Shown here in pieces: positions 48,874-60,305 of a stretch of DNA of 64,000 nucleotides (position 1 is the first letter of the stretch; each line of letters starts with the position of its first letter). The notes under the pieces are model-generated. The model was not told the DNA's origin and ran no database searches. It was given only the letters and a program-made list of their open reading frames with translations. A program made the translations under genes and the position numbers. Origin of the DNA: Nitrospirota bacterium (GTDB taxonomy: Bacteria > Nitrospirota > UBA9217); assembly GCA_963790205.1 (NCBI GenBank), contig CAWBNQ010000008.1:225021-289020 (forward strand), in the 5' to 3' direction.

Positions 48874-49581
48874 ATGTCGGACGCACAGTCGAAAGTTCGT
48901 ACCAAGAGATCATTTTACAAGGAATGGATCGAGCCATTTCTGATCGCAGCCGTCGTCGCGCTGTTCATCAGGCAGTTCGTGGTGGAGGCATTCAAGATTC
49001 CGTCCGGCTCCATGATCCCCACGCTCACCATCGGCGATCACCTGCTTGTGAACAAGTTCGTCTATGGTCCGCGGATTCCCTTTACGGACACCAGGATATT
49101 TACCTGGAAAGAGCCGAAGCGGGGAGATGTCATCGTTTTCAAGTATCCTCGAGGATGAAAGTAAAGACTTTATCAAGCGCGTCATCGGTGTTCCCGGAGA
49201 CAAGATTGAGATCGACAACGGCAAACTCATCATTAACGACCAGGTTGTTGCCATAACGCCGATCGGACCTCCTGCTGATAAAACTGTGGAGGAGGCACAA
49301 TCGTTCGGTAAACCGATGCTCTATGAGGAGCAGCTCGGGACGGTCAGGCATGAGATACAGTATCTCCATGACCAGTCAGAATGATAATTTCGGCCCGAAG
49401 ATCGTGCCTGCAGGACTCGGTGTTCGTTATGGGCGATAACCGAGACAACAGCCAGGACAGTCGTTTCTGGGGCTTTGTAAAGTACAATAAGATTCTCGGC
49501 AGGGCACTGATCATTTACTGGTCATGGGACGGCGACGACCGGTGGGTGCGATGGGAACGGATAGGTTCTCTGATCAGATAG
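48874..49581 (+). CDS. lepB: Signal peptidase I (frameshifts near 49150, 49380 and 49410, probably errors)
   Basis: [50 protein letters not shown] across three frames. Confidence 0.9.
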
Positions 49582-49599
49582 GCACAGGGGAGGGGAAAA

Positions 49600-49986
49600 A
49601 TGCGCATTCTTTTAAACGAAAAAGGCGCTAGTAAGTTCAAAGTATATCTTTTTTTTATTTTTTTATTCCTCGTTATCCATGTCGGAATCAAGGTGGTGCC
49701 GATGTACATGGATGCTGCGCGAATGAAGGACGAAATGACGACGAAAGCCGGCTTGGCCCAGTTCCTCAAAGATGATCAAATCCGGGCAGATCTTGTCCGC
49801 AAGGCCAAGGACCTCGATTTACCCCTTACTGCGGACAGCTTTGTTCTTCAAAGAGATGAGGACCAGCGCAGGATGAAGATCAGTACCCGCTGGGACGTGG
49901 AGGTAAATTTTTTGTGGGGCGCATACATAAGGACGTTCCATTTCAAACCTGTGGTTGATGAGAATTTCATGAATGTCGTGCTGTGA
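49600..49986 (+). CDS. Hypothetical membrane protein (DUF4845-like, pilin-like N-terminus)
   Basis: NEKG followed by a hydrophobic helix and K..P.Y; located after lepB. Confidence 0.55.
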   Translation: MRILLNEKGASKFKVYLFFIFLFLVIHVGIKVVPMYMDAARMKDEMTTKAGLAQFLKDDQIRADLVRKAKDLDLPLTADSFVLQRDEDQRRMKISTRWDVEVNFLWGAYIRTFHFKPVVDENFMNVVL

Positions 49987-50063
49987 GATGCGCGCGGTGT
50001 GTAGGTTTGACAATTACGAGCCGGTAGCGTAGTATTGTTTCCGGGGGACAGGACGGTGTACGG

Positions 50064-50945
50064 GTGATACGCAGCATGACGGGATACGGCCGGAAGGACG
50101 TGACCGGAGCCGGCATTCATGGTTCCATAGAAGTCCGGTCGGTGAACAACCGCTATCTCGATATCCAGGTGAAGACCCCGCGGTCCCTAGCCGCGCTGGA
50201 GCCTCGCGTCAAAAAGACGGTACAAGACCGCTTCGCCAGGGGACGGTTCGATGTATTCATAACCCGGAACGGCGAGCAGGAGAGGACCGGCAGGCTTACC
50301 CATGATGAAGCATTGGCAACCCAGTATATCGGCATCCTGAGAGACCTCAAGGCGCGTTTCAGCCTCAGTGGAGAGGTGGACCTCTCGCTGGTGGCGGGTT
50401 TTCAGGGCCTTATCGCCGTCACCGAGGAAAAGGAAGATATCGAAGCACTATGGCAGTTGCTGGCTGAAGGGCTTGGACAGGCGCTCGACGAACTCGACGG
50501 CATGCGGGGTGTAGAAGGACAGGCGCTGGTCAAGGACATGCTCCGACGGCTCGATATCCTCGCGTCACTCATGAAGGATATACAGATGCTTTCGCCTCTC
50601 AGCGTTGAGAGCGCACGAAAGAGGATGGCCGAAACGCTGACCCGGCTCCTGAACGAACGCCCCGATCCGGTCAGGCTGGCCCAGGAGATGGCGATTCTTG
50701 CCGAGCGCACCGATGTGACGGAAGAATTGACACGTTTGAGCAGCCACATATCGCAATTCCACGCCATGCTTGCCGGGGCGACCGGAGAGCCGGTCGGCAG
50801 AAAACTCGATTTCCTTCTGCAGGAGATGGGACGGGAAGCGAATACCATCTCGTCCAAGGCCATGGACGCGCAGATATCGTATCATGTAGTGAACATGAAG
50901 GCCGAACTCGAGAAGATCAGGGAGCAGGCCCAAAATATCGAATGA
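50064..50945 (+). CDS. yicC: YicC/YloC-family endoribonuclease
   Basis: [55 protein letters not shown]. Confidence 0.93.
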   Translation: MIRSMTGYGRKDVTGAGIHGSIEVRSVNNRYLDIQVKTPRSLAALEPRVKKTVQDRFARGRFDVFITRNGEQERTGRLTHDEALATQYIGILRDLKARFSLSGEVDLSLVAGFQGLIAVTEEKEDIEALWQLLAEGLGQALDELDGMRGVEGQALVKDMLRRLDILASLMKDIQMLSPLSVESARKRMAETLTRLLNERPDPVRLAQEMAILAERTDVTEELTRLSSHISQFHAMLAGATGEPVGRKLDFLLQEMGREANTISSKAMDAQISYHVVNMKAELEKIREQAQNIE

Positions 50946-50949
50946 AACT

Positions 50950-51201
50950 ATGGTCAAAACCCTTGTAAATATCGGATACGGCAACATGGTGATGGTCACG
51001 AAGGTTGTTGCGGTCCTCTCGCCCGAATCTGCGCCCATGCGCCGCCTTAAGGAAGAGGCCAAGGAACGCAAGATGCTTCTTGATGCAACGCAAGGGCGAA
51101 AGACGCGGGCCATGATCATCACCGACAGCGATCATGTCATTCTCTCCGCTGTTCAGGTCGAAACGCTTATGCAGCGCTTCGAGGGCCGGGGTGATGAATG
51201 A
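50950..51201 (+). CDS. DUF370/RemA-family protein
   Basis: [32 protein letters not shown]. Confidence 0.9.
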   Translation: MVKTLVNIGYGNMVMVTKVVAVLSPESAPMRRLKEEAKERKMLLDATQGRKTRAMIITDSDHVILSAVQVETLMQRFEGRGDE

Positions 51202-51818
51202 ACAAAAGGGACGGACTGCTCTTCGTGGTATCGGCCCCTTCCGGCGCGGGCAAAACCACCCTCTGCCGTGCGGTCACCGACTCGCTGGAGAACCTGAGGC
51301 ATTCGATCTCGTATACGACGCGCAAGCCCAGGCCGGGCGAGATTGACGGCAGAGATTATTACTTCGTCGCCGCGGACCGGTTCCGGGACATGATCCAGGC
51401 GGGCGATTTCGCAGAATGGGCAGAGGTCCATTCCAATTTTTACGGTACGTCTCGACGGGTGCTGGACGGCATGCGCGGCGAGGGGATTGACGTTATCCTC
51501 GACATCGACACCCAGGGCGCCAGACAGATCAAAGCAAAATATGAAGGACAGGCCGTCTTTATTTTCATCATGCCGCCTTCGCTCGGGATCCTCGAAGAAC
51601 GACTTCGCAACCGCAAGTCTGACCACGAGAACGAGATTAAAAAGCGAATGCAGCGGGCCCGGGAAGAGATCAGAGATTATAGTATGTACGACTATGTCCT
51701 CGTGAACCGGGATTTCGAACGCGCTCTTATCGAACTGCGATCGATCATTACCGCGGAGCGCAGACGCACCCGGCTGGTCGATCATACCTGGATAGACGGA
51801 TTTTTTCATACTGCATAG
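51198..51818 (+). CDS. gmk: Guanylate kinase
   Basis: [36 protein letters not shown]. Confidence 0.95.
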   Translation: MNKRDGLLFVVSAPSGAGKTTLCRAVTDSLENLRHSISYTTRKPRPGEIDGRDYYFVAADRFRDMIQAGDFAEWAEVHSNFYGTSRRVLDGMRGEGIDVILDIDTQGARQIKAKYEGQAVFIFIMPPSLGILEERLRNRKSDHENEIKKRMQRAREEIRDYSMYDYVLVNRDFERALIELRSIITAERRRTRLVDHTWIDGFFHTA

Positions 51819-51845
51819 AACTCAAGTTCCCTCAGGAGGTGAACC

Positions 51846-52289
51846 ATGCAACAACCACAGGCACAGGATATTATCTCCCTGCCGATCGAGCTCAACGACA
51901 GGATCTCCGACACCAAATTCCGGTTGGTCCATATTTCCGCGCAGCGCGTGCGGCAATTGTCGTCGGGAGCGCCGCTGCTCGTTTCCACGAGGTCCATTAA
52001 GGACACCACCATTGCCCTCGAGGAGAGCCTGACGGGGAAGTTTACGGTCGTCGTGGGCGAGGAAGCCAAGAAGGCGAAAGAGGAGTTCCGCAAACGCGAA
52101 GAGCGGGCACGCATGGAAGAGCAGCTCTCAGCCAAGGAAGAGGAAATCCGCAAGGAACTGAGCGCTTACCTGTCGGAGTCCCAGAACGAGGAAGGCGCCG
52201 ATGAGGCCTCGTCGGTGGATATCGGCGATGAAGAGGCAGACGCCGAAGAAACCACGAAGGGCGGCGAATCGGACGAGCCGGGAGAATAA
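51846..52289 (+). CDS. rpoZ: RNA polymerase omega subunit with an acidic C-terminal extension
   Basis: KFRLVHISAQRVRQL...TTIALEE; located between gmk and coaBC. Confidence 0.8.
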   Translation: MQQPQAQDIISLPIELNDRISDTKFRLVHISAQRVRQLSSGAPLLVSTRSIKDTTIALEESLTGKFTVVVGEEAKKAKEEFRKREERARMEEQLSAKEEEIRKELSAYLSESQNEEGADEASSVDIGDEEADAEETTKGGESDEPGE

Positions 52290-52294
52290 TAAGG

Positions 52295-53507
52295 GTGGAA
52301 GAACGCCGGGGGAAGCTTGACGGGAAGCATATTCTGCTCGGGGTGTCCGGCAGCATCGCGGCCTATAAAGCCGTCGATATTCTGCGCAGGCTCCAGGAGC
52401 AGGGTTGCGACGTCAGCGTAGTGTTGACGAGAACATGCCGCCCGCTTCGTCTCGCGACTCACCTTCGAGACCTTGAGCGGAAAGCCTGTTTTCACTGATG
52501 AGTTCCAGGAAGCGGAGCGGAAAGGCATCGGGCATGTCGACATCACCGCGGGTCTCGATGTAGCGCTCGTTGCGCCGGCCACGGCCAACATCATCGGAAA
52601 AGTCGCCTCCGGAATCGCCGACGATGCGTTAACTACGGCCTTGACGGCGATTGCCTGCCCGCTTATTATGGCTCCCGCCATGAACGACCGGATGTACCGG
52701 AATGCGGTGCTCCGGAAAAACATCGCCTTCCTGAAAGAGCAAGGTGTACGCTTTGTGGACCCCGACACAGGCCCCCTTGCGTGCGGTACGATTGGCCAGG
52801 GACGGCTCGCGGAGATAGAGAAAATCGTACAGGCTGTCTCGTCGGCATTACCCGCAAACGATCTGTCGGGCGTGACCGTGCTCGTGACCGCCGGTCCGAC
52901 GCGTGAGCAGATTGACGCTGTTCGCTTTATCAGTAATCCTTCCACGGGCAAGATGGGATACGCGATCGCCGAAGCAGCCCGTGACCGGGGAGCGACCGTT
53001 ATTCTCATATCCGGCCCGACAGAAATTTCACCGCCGACAGGGGTAACCGTGATCCCTGTGCAAAGCGCCCGCGACATGCATAGGGCGGTCATGGATCATG
53101 TGGAAGGCTCCCGGATTGTGATCATGGCCGCAGCGGTGTCTGATTTTAAACCAACGGTCTCGTCTGACCGAAAAATCAAGAAACATGAGGCCTCTCCGGT
53201 GATCAACCTTGAACGCACCGTGGACATCCTGTCGGCTGCGGCCAGGGCCCCGGGCAGGAGACTGCTCGTGGGATTTGCCGCTGAAACGGATAACGTGCTG
53301 GACAACGCGCTTCAAAAGCTGAAGAGTAAAAATCTCGACATGATCGTGGTGAATGATCTGATGAAAAAAGGGGCCGGTTTCGGCTCCGATACGAACGCGG
53401 TCATCATCATTGACCGGGCGGGCGTGCAAACAGAGCTGCAGGTGATGCCGAAACGGGAAATAGCCCGGCGGATCATCGATAAGATCGCGGAACTCAAGGC
53501 AAATTAA
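52295..53507 (+). CDS. coaBC: Bifunctional phosphopantothenoylcysteine decarboxylase/ligase (extra base near 52430)
   Basis: ILLGVSGSIAAYKA; APATANII; APAMN; TAGPTRE.ID.VRFISN.STGKMG; VGFAAET. Confidence 0.92.
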
Positions 53508-53582
53508 AGGATTTTACCTTGACTTTACTTGCCGATTTTTGGTAATATTTTTTATATCAGTTTGATATGAAAAGCAAATTTT

Positions 53583-55001
53583 ATGGATAAAGATACCTCC
53601 GAAATAGCCAAATTAACGGAGCGAATCTCGAAAGACCCCAAGTCCAAGCTCTTCGTGCCGCTTGCCGAAGAGTATAAAAAGGTCGGGGACCTGGAGATGT
53701 CTATCCATGTTCTGACGGAGGGACTCAAAAATAATCCCGGTTACGTAACGGCCAGATCGTTTCTTGGAAAACTCCTGTTCGAGAAGGGCGACTTCGCCGG
53801 AGCACAGAAGGAATTCGAGGAAGTTGTGAAGGCTATTCCCGACAATCTCATGGCTCAGAGGAAGTTGGCCGATCTCTATATTCTCCAGAATAGACCCGCA
53901 GACGCATTGCTGCATTACAAAACGGTGTTGTCTCTTAATCCGAAAGATCAGGAGACAGCATCGCTGGTCTCCGATGTTGAGGCGGGCCGGGATGTCAAGG
54001 CGCGTATTGCCGGACCGAAACCGCAGGCGCAGCAGGAGGAAGCTGCAAAAAAGCAGGAACCCCCTCAGGCCGTTGCGCCGATGACGCGACCCCTGGTTGC
54101 CGAAGAACCGGAAGAGGTTTTGATGGTCGAGCCGCTTGAGCCGGCAGGTCCCGTCGACCTTGAAGATGCATTATCATCGAAGGGACTCGATTTTCTGTCT
54201 GAATCGGTCCAGGAACCTGCGCAGACGGACTCAGGTGAAGAAAGCCGTGCGCTCTTTGATGAGGATCCCTTTGCTGTTCAGCAGCCGGCCAGGGGAACTC
54301 ATGTTCCTGAAGAAACTTCGCTCGATGCCCAGGAAAGCGAGACGCCGGCAGTGTTTGCCGAGGAGCCGGACAAACAGGCCGATGATTTCACCACCGATAC
54401 GCTCGCTGAGCTTTATATATCGCAAGGATTTTTTGAAAAAGCAGTGGATATCTATGAGCGCATGCTCGTCGATAACCCCAACAGCCAGGGGTTGAAAAAC
54501 AAACTGGCCAACGTAAGGGCCATGGCTGCCGAGATTGCTCCTGCGGCCGAGCCGGAGGCTGAAGCCGGACCCCTCGCGGTCCCGGAAGATCTTGCAACTA
54601 GTCCCGCACCGCCGGAGATGCCGGCTGCGGATATGGCCCCGGGATTTTTTGATGAGTACGTGCCGCCGCCTTCCGGGGAAAGCGAGCTGTCGCAGTCTCC
54701 AGGCCGATGGAATTCACCGGCTCAGCCGCCGGAGCGCAAGAAAAAGGGACCTCTTTCAAGCCCGGCGTCCGGGCAGCCAAAACAGTTTGGCGCTGGATTT
54801 GAACCGGCAGAGTATGTGCCGCCTGCCGGGGCGCCGCCGCAGGGTGCCGAAGAAACCTTCGGCAAGACCGCTGATGAGAAACTCGCTGCCGGGAAAACCG
54901 GGACGAATATCGCCCGGCCGAGGAAGTCGCTGGTAACAGGCAGGAAAGAGACCATTGATCGGCTGGAAAACTGGCTTCAGCATATCATGAAGGAGAAATA
55001 A
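53583..55001 (+). CDS. TPR-repeat protein with acidic/Pro-rich low-complexity regions
   Basis: N-terminal TPRs (FVPLAEEY..., ARSFLGKL...); TDTLAELYISQG; C-terminal IDRLENWL. Confidence 0.75.
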   Translation: MDKDTSEIAKLTERISKDPKSKLFVPLAEEYKKVGDLEMSIHVLTEGLKNNPGYVTARSFLGKLLFEKGDFAGAQKEFEEVVKAIPDNLMAQRKLADLYILQNRPADALLHYKTVLSLNPKDQETASLVSDVEAGRDVKARIAGPKPQAQQEEAAKKQEPPQAVAPMTRPLVAEEPEEVLMVEPLEPAGPVDLEDALSSKGLDFLSESVQEPAQTDSGEESRALFDEDPFAVQQPARGTHVPEETSLDAQESETPAVFAEEPDKQADDFTTDTLAELYISQGFFEKAVDIYERMLVDNPNSQGLKNKLANVRAMAAEIAPAAEPEAEAGPLAVPEDLATSPAPPEMPAADMAPGFFDEYVPPPSGESELSQSPGRWNSPAQPPERKKKGPLSSPASGQPKQFGAGFEPAEYVPPAGAPPQGAEETFGKTADEKLAAGKTGTNIARPRKSLVTGRKETIDRLENWLQHIMKEK

Positions 55002-55358
55002 ATGCCCTTTTCCGACATCTTGAAAGAAGTGGTAAACGGTACGGAAGGGGCGCTCGGCGCTCTCATTGTCGGGCTCGACGGCATTCCGGTGGAAGAGTAT
55101 TCGCTGAACAGCGACCTGGATATCCAGTCCATGACCGTGGAATATTCCGCGCTTCTCAAAGAGATCGAACGGGGCTCGCAGGCGGTGCACCTCGGATCGA
55201 CCAAGGAAGTGACGGTCATCGCGGACAAGGCCATGATCATGCTGCGCCGGCTCAATGACGAATATTTTTTTGTTCTCATAATCGGGCCCGATGGGAACTT
55301 CGGCAAGGGGAGATTTCTCCTCAGGATGTCGGTGCCCAAACTGCTCAAAGAGTTCTAG
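55002..55358 (+). CDS. Roadblock/LC7-domain protein (MglB/MglC-like)
   Basis: F..ILKEVV...GA.GALIVGLDGIPV...GNFGKGRF.LR. Confidence 0.78.
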   Translation: MPFSDILKEVVNGTEGALGALIVGLDGIPVEEYSLNSDLDIQSMTVEYSALLKEIERGSQAVHLGSTKEVTVIADKAMIMLRRLNDEYFFVLIIGPDGNFGKGRFLLRMSVPKLLKEF

Positions 55359-55430
55359 CGTGTAAGTTCCGCCGTCCACGGTCATTTCGGAAACTGCCTC
55401 AGGCAGTTTTTTATTTTCTATGGGGGCATC

Positions 55431-55880
55431 ATGAAGATACTGGTCATTCACGGGCCGAATTTGAACCTTCTCGGAAAGCGCGAGCCGGACATCTACGGGA
55501 CCTTCACGCTTGATGATGTCAACAGGCGTCTTACGGCGCTCGCAGCGGAACTCGGCGTTGAGGTGTCGTTCTTCCAGTCGAACCATGAAGGAGAACTGGT
55601 GCAGAAGATCCAGGACGCCATGGGAGAGCACCAGGCGATCGTGATCAACCCCGGCGCCTATACCCATACGAGCGTTGCGCTCCGGGACGCTATTTCATCG
55701 ACGGGCATCCCGACGATCGAGGCCCATATCTCCAATATTTATAAACGCGAGGAGTTCAGGAAGCACTCCTATATTTCCGGCGTGGCCGTCGGCCAGATCA
55801 CGGGCTTCGGTCCGGAAAGTTACCTCCTTGCGCTCCGGGCGGCAGCCGCACACGTGAACAAGGGCGGAAAGAAACAGTGA
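55431..55880 (+). CDS. aroQ: Type II 3-dehydroquinate dehydratase
   Basis: [43 protein letters not shown]. Confidence 0.96.
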   Translation: MKILVIHGPNLNLLGKREPDIYGTFTLDDVNRRLTALAAELGVEVSFFQSNHEGELVQKIQDAMGEHQAIVINPGAYTHTSVALRDAISSTGIPTIEAHISNIYKREEFRKHSYISGVAVGQITGFGPESYLLALRAAAAHVNKGGKKQ

Positions 55881-56962
55881 TGAAGAAACCGGGAACGGCC
55901 CGTATCGACGGGCTCAGACAGCTTATGAACGCGGATGGCCTCGGAGCGCTCCTCGTGACCAGGCGCGAGAACGTTCGTTACCTTACCGGGTTTACCGGAT
56001 CTGCGGGCGCTGTTCTGGTAGCTTCAGGCAGGCCGCAGCTGATCACGGATTTTCGTTACAAACTGCAGGCGCATAAGGAAACCTCCAGCACGTCTATTTT
56101 GATCCAGAAGACGGATTTTCCCGCGGCGCTCAGGGAAGCAGCCAACCGGGCGGGCGTGGGTATGCTCTGGTTCGATGAGTCCTCGCTCACCATGGACGGC
56201 CTGAAGAAACTCCGGAAACAGGGGCTGACACTCAAAGGGCACCGGGACCTCGTGAGCGAGCTTCGGCAGCGGAAAGACAGGCAGGAACTCGTGAGCATCC
56301 GCAAGGCGATCAGCCGTGCGGAAGAATCTTTCCGGGAATTGAAAAGATATATACGCCCCGGGGCCCGCGAGCGGGGCCTCGCGCTCATGCTTGAAGTCCT
56401 GATGAGGGAAAAGGGCGCCCGCAAAGCGGCTTTTGATACCATTGTCGCATCGGGGAAAAACGGCGCCATGCCGCATGCCGCCGTGACGGACCGTCGCATC
56501 AAAAAAGGCGATCTCGTGACCGTCGACTTCGGCGCCGAGGCAGACGGATATTTTTGCGATATCACACGGACCATCTGTGTCGGCAGGCCGACGGCGCGGC
56601 AACGTGAAATTCATGCCCTTGTTCTGAAGGCCCAGGCCGCGGCAATACAGAGCGTACGCCCCGGAGCGAGCGGTAAATCGGTGGATGCCGAGGCGCGGGA
56701 CACGATTAAAAAAGCGGGCCAGGGAAATAATTTCGGACACGGCACCGGTCACGGTATTGGTCTCATGGTGCATGAGGGGCCGTCAATTTCGCCGCTGTCG
56801 CGGGACCAGGTGGAACAGGACATGATATTCACCGTTGAGCCCGGCGTCTATATCCCCGGTTGGGGCGGCGTCAGGATCGAGGACATGGTTTTGGTTACGG
56901 AAAAGGGCGCGAAGGTTCTGACCACACTGCCGAGAGAGCTGGAGGGATTGAAGCGGTTATAG
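55877..56962 (+). CDS. Xaa-Pro peptidase (M24 family)
   Basis: [48 protein letters not shown]. Confidence 0.92.
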   Translation: MMKKPGTARIDGLRQLMNADGLGALLVTRRENVRYLTGFTGSAGAVLVASGRPQLITDFRYKLQAHKETSSTSILIQKTDFPAALREAANRAGVGMLWFDESSLTMDGLKKLRKQGLTLKGHRDLVSELRQRKDRQELVSIRKAISRAEESFRELKRYIRPGARERGLALMLEVLMREKGARKAAFDTIVASGKNGAMPHAAVTDRRIKKGDLVTVDFGAEADGYFCDITRTICVGRPTARQREIHALVLKAQAAAIQSVRPGASGKSVDAEARDTIKKAGQGNNFGHGTGHGIGLMVHEGPSISPLSRDQVEQDMIFTVEPGVYIPGWGGVRIEDMVLVTEKGAKVLTTLPRELEGLKRL

Positions 56963-57139
56963 AAGCAGTCGGCAATCAGAAGACCTCGAGTTTTACCGCA
57001 GAGAACGCAGGGGACACTGAATTGTGCGATTACAATAAAAAGTTTTTCTCCGCGGCCCCCTCGGACCTGACGGGGAACGATTTTTACGTTTTGCAAACAT
57101 AAGATCTTGTTGTCGATGATGAAAGGGAGGTAGTACAAG

Positions 57140-57706
57140 GTGCCGGTATCTACGACTGAGTTCAGGAATGGTTTGAAAATTGAAATCGATGGTGAGCCCT
57201 ATGTCATTGTGGAGTTTCAGCACGTGAAGCCAGGTAAGGGCGGGGCGTTCGTGAGGACCAAGTTTAAGAGCCTCAAATCGGGTAACGTAACCGATAAGAC
57301 ATTCAGAGCCGGTGAAAAAGTCGACGTGCCGGAGCTGGAGGAAAAGACCATGCAGTATCTTTATGCGGCGGACAAGGACCGCATATTCATGGACACGACC
57401 AGCTACGAGCAGGTATCCATGAGCGAGAAGCAGCTCGGCGACAGCATCAATTATCTCAAAGAGAACATGGAGATCAAGGTCCTCTATCATAAGGGACAAC
57501 CCATTAATGTCGATCTGCCGATGTTCGTAGAGCTCGCAATCGCTAAAACCGATCCCGGGGTGCGCGGGGATACCGCGTCGGGGGGGTCGAAGCCGGCCAC
57601 ATTGGAGACAGGAGCCGTCGTCAAGGTCCCCTTCTATCTGAATGAAGGCGATGTGATCAAGGTAGACACGCGTACGGGAACCTTTATCGAGCGGGTCAAG
57701 AAGTAA
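57140..57706 (+). CDS. efp: Elongation factor P
   Basis: [34 protein letters not shown]. Confidence 0.97.
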   Translation: MPVSTTEFRNGLKIEIDGEPYVIVEFQHVKPGKGGAFVRTKFKSLKSGNVTDKTFRAGEKVDVPELEEKTMQYLYAADKDRIFMDTTSYEQVSMSEKQLGDSINYLKENMEIKVLYHKGQPINVDLPMFVELAIAKTDPGVRGDTASGGSKPATLETGAVVKVPFYLNEGDVIKVDTRTGTFIERVKK

Positions 57707-57749
57707 GCCTCGATCACCATCACTACTGCAGCGCGGAAAAGGAGTAATC

Positions 57750-58220
57750 ATGAACTTGAAAGAGCTCAGGGAACTGATAGAGATGCTGAAGGATACCGAC
57801 ATCTCGGAATTGGAGATCGAGCGTTCCGGTGTGAAGGTGAGGCTGAGGAAGGGCGGGGACGTTACCTTCCATCCCGCCATGCCGCGCATGGAATATCCGC
57901 CCGCCACGTTCGTTGCTCCCGCCATCGTAGAGACCCCGGCGCCGGCCGCAGATAAGCCCGTTGAGCAGGCCAGAACAAACCATGTCAAGGTGACCTCTCC
58001 CATCGTGGGCACGTTCTACCGCTCCAGTTCGCCGGACAAGCCGGCGTACGTGGAGGTCGGCGATATCGTGAAAAAAGGGCAAGTGCTCTGCATCATCGAG
58101 GCGATGAAGCTTATGAACGAGATCGAGTCCGAGGCCTCGGGGAAGATCGTTCAGGTCCTCATTGAGAACGGCCAGCCCGTGGAATACGGCCAGCCGCTTT
58201 TTGTGATCGAGTCGGCATAG
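57750..58220 (+). CDS. accB: Acetyl-CoA carboxylase biotin carboxyl carrier protein
   Basis: SPIVGTFYR; IIEAMKLMNEI biotinylation motif. Confidence 0.96.
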   Translation: MNLKELRELIEMLKDTDISELEIERSGVKVRLRKGGDVTFHPAMPRMEYPPATFVAPAIVETPAPAADKPVEQARTNHVKVTSPIVGTFYRSSSPDKPAYVEVGDIVKKGQVLCIIEAMKLMNEIESEASGKIVQVLIENGQPVEYGQPLFVIESA

Positions 58221-58322
58221 CTCCGCACCGGTCGGAGCAATCCAAAGTTCACAATCCAGACCTGCAATACGTCCGTTTGGGATTTGAGCTTTCCTTTGAA
58301 TGGTAGTTATTGAGGTGTTTGA

Positions 58323-59669
58323 GTGTTTAAGAAAATATTGATCGCCAACCGCGGCGAGATTGCGCTCCGCATCATACGGGCCTGCAAGGAGATGGGCATC
58401 AAGACCGTCGCGGTGCATTCCACCGCAGACGCCAATTCGCTCCACGTGCGGTTCGCCGATGAGAGCGTCTGCATAGGGCCGCCCAAGAGTTCCGACAGCT
58501 ATCTGCACGTTCCGAGCATCATCAGCGCGGCCGAGATCACCGATACCGAGGCCATTCATCCGGGGTACGGCTTCCTGGCGGAAAATGCGAGCTTTGCCGA
58601 GATCTGCAATTCCACCGGGATGCGGTTCATCGGACCGAGCCCGGAGAGCATAAAACTCATGGGCGACAAGGCCAAGGCCCGGGAAACAGCGCAGAAGGCG
58701 GGCGTGCCGGTACTGCCGGGCAGCAACGGCGTCGTGACCGAAGAGAGCAGCGCCATCGAGATTGCGCGCGAACTCGGCTTCCCGGTGATCGTCAAGGCGG
58801 CGGCCGGCGGCGGCGGCAAGGGCATGCGCGTAGTAATGGAAGAGTCCGACTTCGCCAATGCCTTTGTCATGGCCCAGGCCGAGGCGCTCGCGGCGTTCAG
58901 CAACGCCGACGTTTACATCGAAAAGTACATCCTTCAGCCCCGCCACATCGAAATTCAGATAATGGCCGACGAGAAGGGCAACACGGTCTACCTCGGGGAA
59001 CGGGAATGCTCCATCCAGCGCAGGCACCAGAAACTGATCGAGGAAGCGCCGTCGGTCATCGTGGACGCAGCGCTCCGGAAACAAATGGGCGAGATGGCCG
59101 TTGCGATCGCCAGGACGGTCCGGTACCGGAACGCCGGCACGATCGAGTTCCTCATGGATGAGGACCGGAAGTTCTACTTCATGGAGATGAACACGCGTAT
59201 CCAGGTCGAGCACCCGGTGACCGAAATGGTAACGGCCATCGATCTCGTAAAGGAACAGATTCGCGTTGCGGCCGGGCTGCCGCTTTCCTTCACGCAGAAT
59301 GACATCAAGATCAAGGGGCACAGCATTGAATGCAGGATCAACGCCGAGTGTCCGGACAAATTCACCCCTTCGCCGGGGACCATAACGGCCTTCAACCCGC
59401 CGGGCGGCCTGGGCATCCGGGTGGAAACCGCCGCGTATACCCAGTATGTGATCCCTCCCTATTATGATTCCATGATAGCGAAGCTGATCGTGCATGCTGA
59501 AACGAGGGAAGAAGCAATCGTCAGGATGCAACGCGCGCTTGATGAGTTTATCATAGAGGGCGTGAAAACAACGATCCCCATGCACAAGAAGATCCTTGCG
59601 GACCCCGATTTCCAGAAGGGGAATATTTCGACGAAATTCATGGAGCGATACTACAATCCGGCCAAGTAA
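58323..59669 (+). CDS. accC: Biotin carboxylase
   Basis: [57 protein letters not shown]. Confidence 0.97.
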   Translation: MFKKILIANRGEIALRIIRACKEMGIKTVAVHSTADANSLHVRFADESVCIGPPKSSDSYLHVPSIISAAEITDTEAIHPGYGFLAENASFAEICNSTGMRFIGPSPESIKLMGDKAKARETAQKAGVPVLPGSNGVVTEESSAIEIARELGFPVIVKAAAGGGGKGMRVVMEESDFANAFVMAQAEALAAFSNADVYIEKYILQPRHIEIQIMADEKGNTVYLGERECSIQRRHQKLIEEAPSVIVDAALRKQMGEMAVAIARTVRYRNAGTIEFLMDEDRKFYFMEMNTRIQVEHPVTEMVTAIDLVKEQIRVAAGLPLSFTQNDIKIKGHSIECRINAECPDKFTPSPGTITAFNPPGGLGIRVETAAYTQYVIPPYYDSMIAKLIVHAETREEAIVRMQRALDEFIIEGVKTTIPMHKKILADPDFQKGNISTKFMERYYNPAK

Positions 59670-60303
59670 TCTCAAGGGAATCTGTCTGATCCTGGACCAG
59701 GACCGGCTCCGGACCCCGGCCGAGCGGGCCATGGCCTCCGCGCTCGCGGCGGGCATCAGGTTCTTTCAGTACCGGAACAAGAGCGGCACGAGAAGGGACA
59801 TTTATGAAACGTCCCTGCGGCTCGCCTTGATGGCGTCAGAATCAGGCGCGCTGTTTATCGTAAATGACCATGCGGACATCGCCGCCGCGGTCGGCGCCGA
59901 CGGCGTGCACCTGGGTCAGGACGATCTGCCGATAGCATCTGCGCGAATAGTGCTCGGCGGGGATAAACTCATCGGGATATCGACACACAGTGTGGAACAG
60001 GCGCGGGCCGCTTTGGCTGCAGGCGCTGACTACATCGGATTCGGTCCCGTATTTCGGACGGCAACCAAGAACGCGGGAGAAGCGCAGGGATGCGCCCGTA
60101 TCGTCGATATCAAGCGGGCGGTTCCCATCCCGGTCATTGCGATCGGCGGCATTACTCATGAAAATGTTCAGGACGTTATGAGGGCCGGGGCTGATGGCGT
60201 CGCGGTGATATCGGCGATACTTTCCGAGCCCGATATTCAACGAGCGGCGGAAGAGCTGCTCTCTGTGATGAAGAGTTCAGAAGTGGAAACAAGGGGGAAC
60301 TGA
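59596..60303 (+). CDS. thiE: Thiamine-phosphate synthase; start codon uncertain
   Basis: [43 protein letters not shown]. Confidence 0.9.
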   Translation: MRTPISRRGIFRRNSWSDTTIRPSNLKGICLILDQDRLRTPAERAMASALAAGIRFFQYRNKSGTRRDIYETSLRLALMASESGALFIVNDHADIAAAVGADGVHLGQDDLPIASARIVLGGDKLIGISTHSVEQARAALAAGADYIGFGPVFRTATKNAGEAQGCARIVDIKRAVPIPVIAIGGITHENVQDVMRAGADGVAVISAILSEPDIQRAAEELLSVMKSSEVETRGN

Positions 60304-60305
60304 CG

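Noticed and set aside
57220..57250. EF-P PGKG loop as a sign of a novel modification system
   Set aside because: This is the ordinary Lys-type loop in a common gene context, with no modifier gene nearby.
57723..59756. Long antisense ORFs (677 aa over accBC, 447 aa over ahcY, and others)
   Set aside because: They are shadow frames of GC-rich coding genes and show no recognisable motifs.
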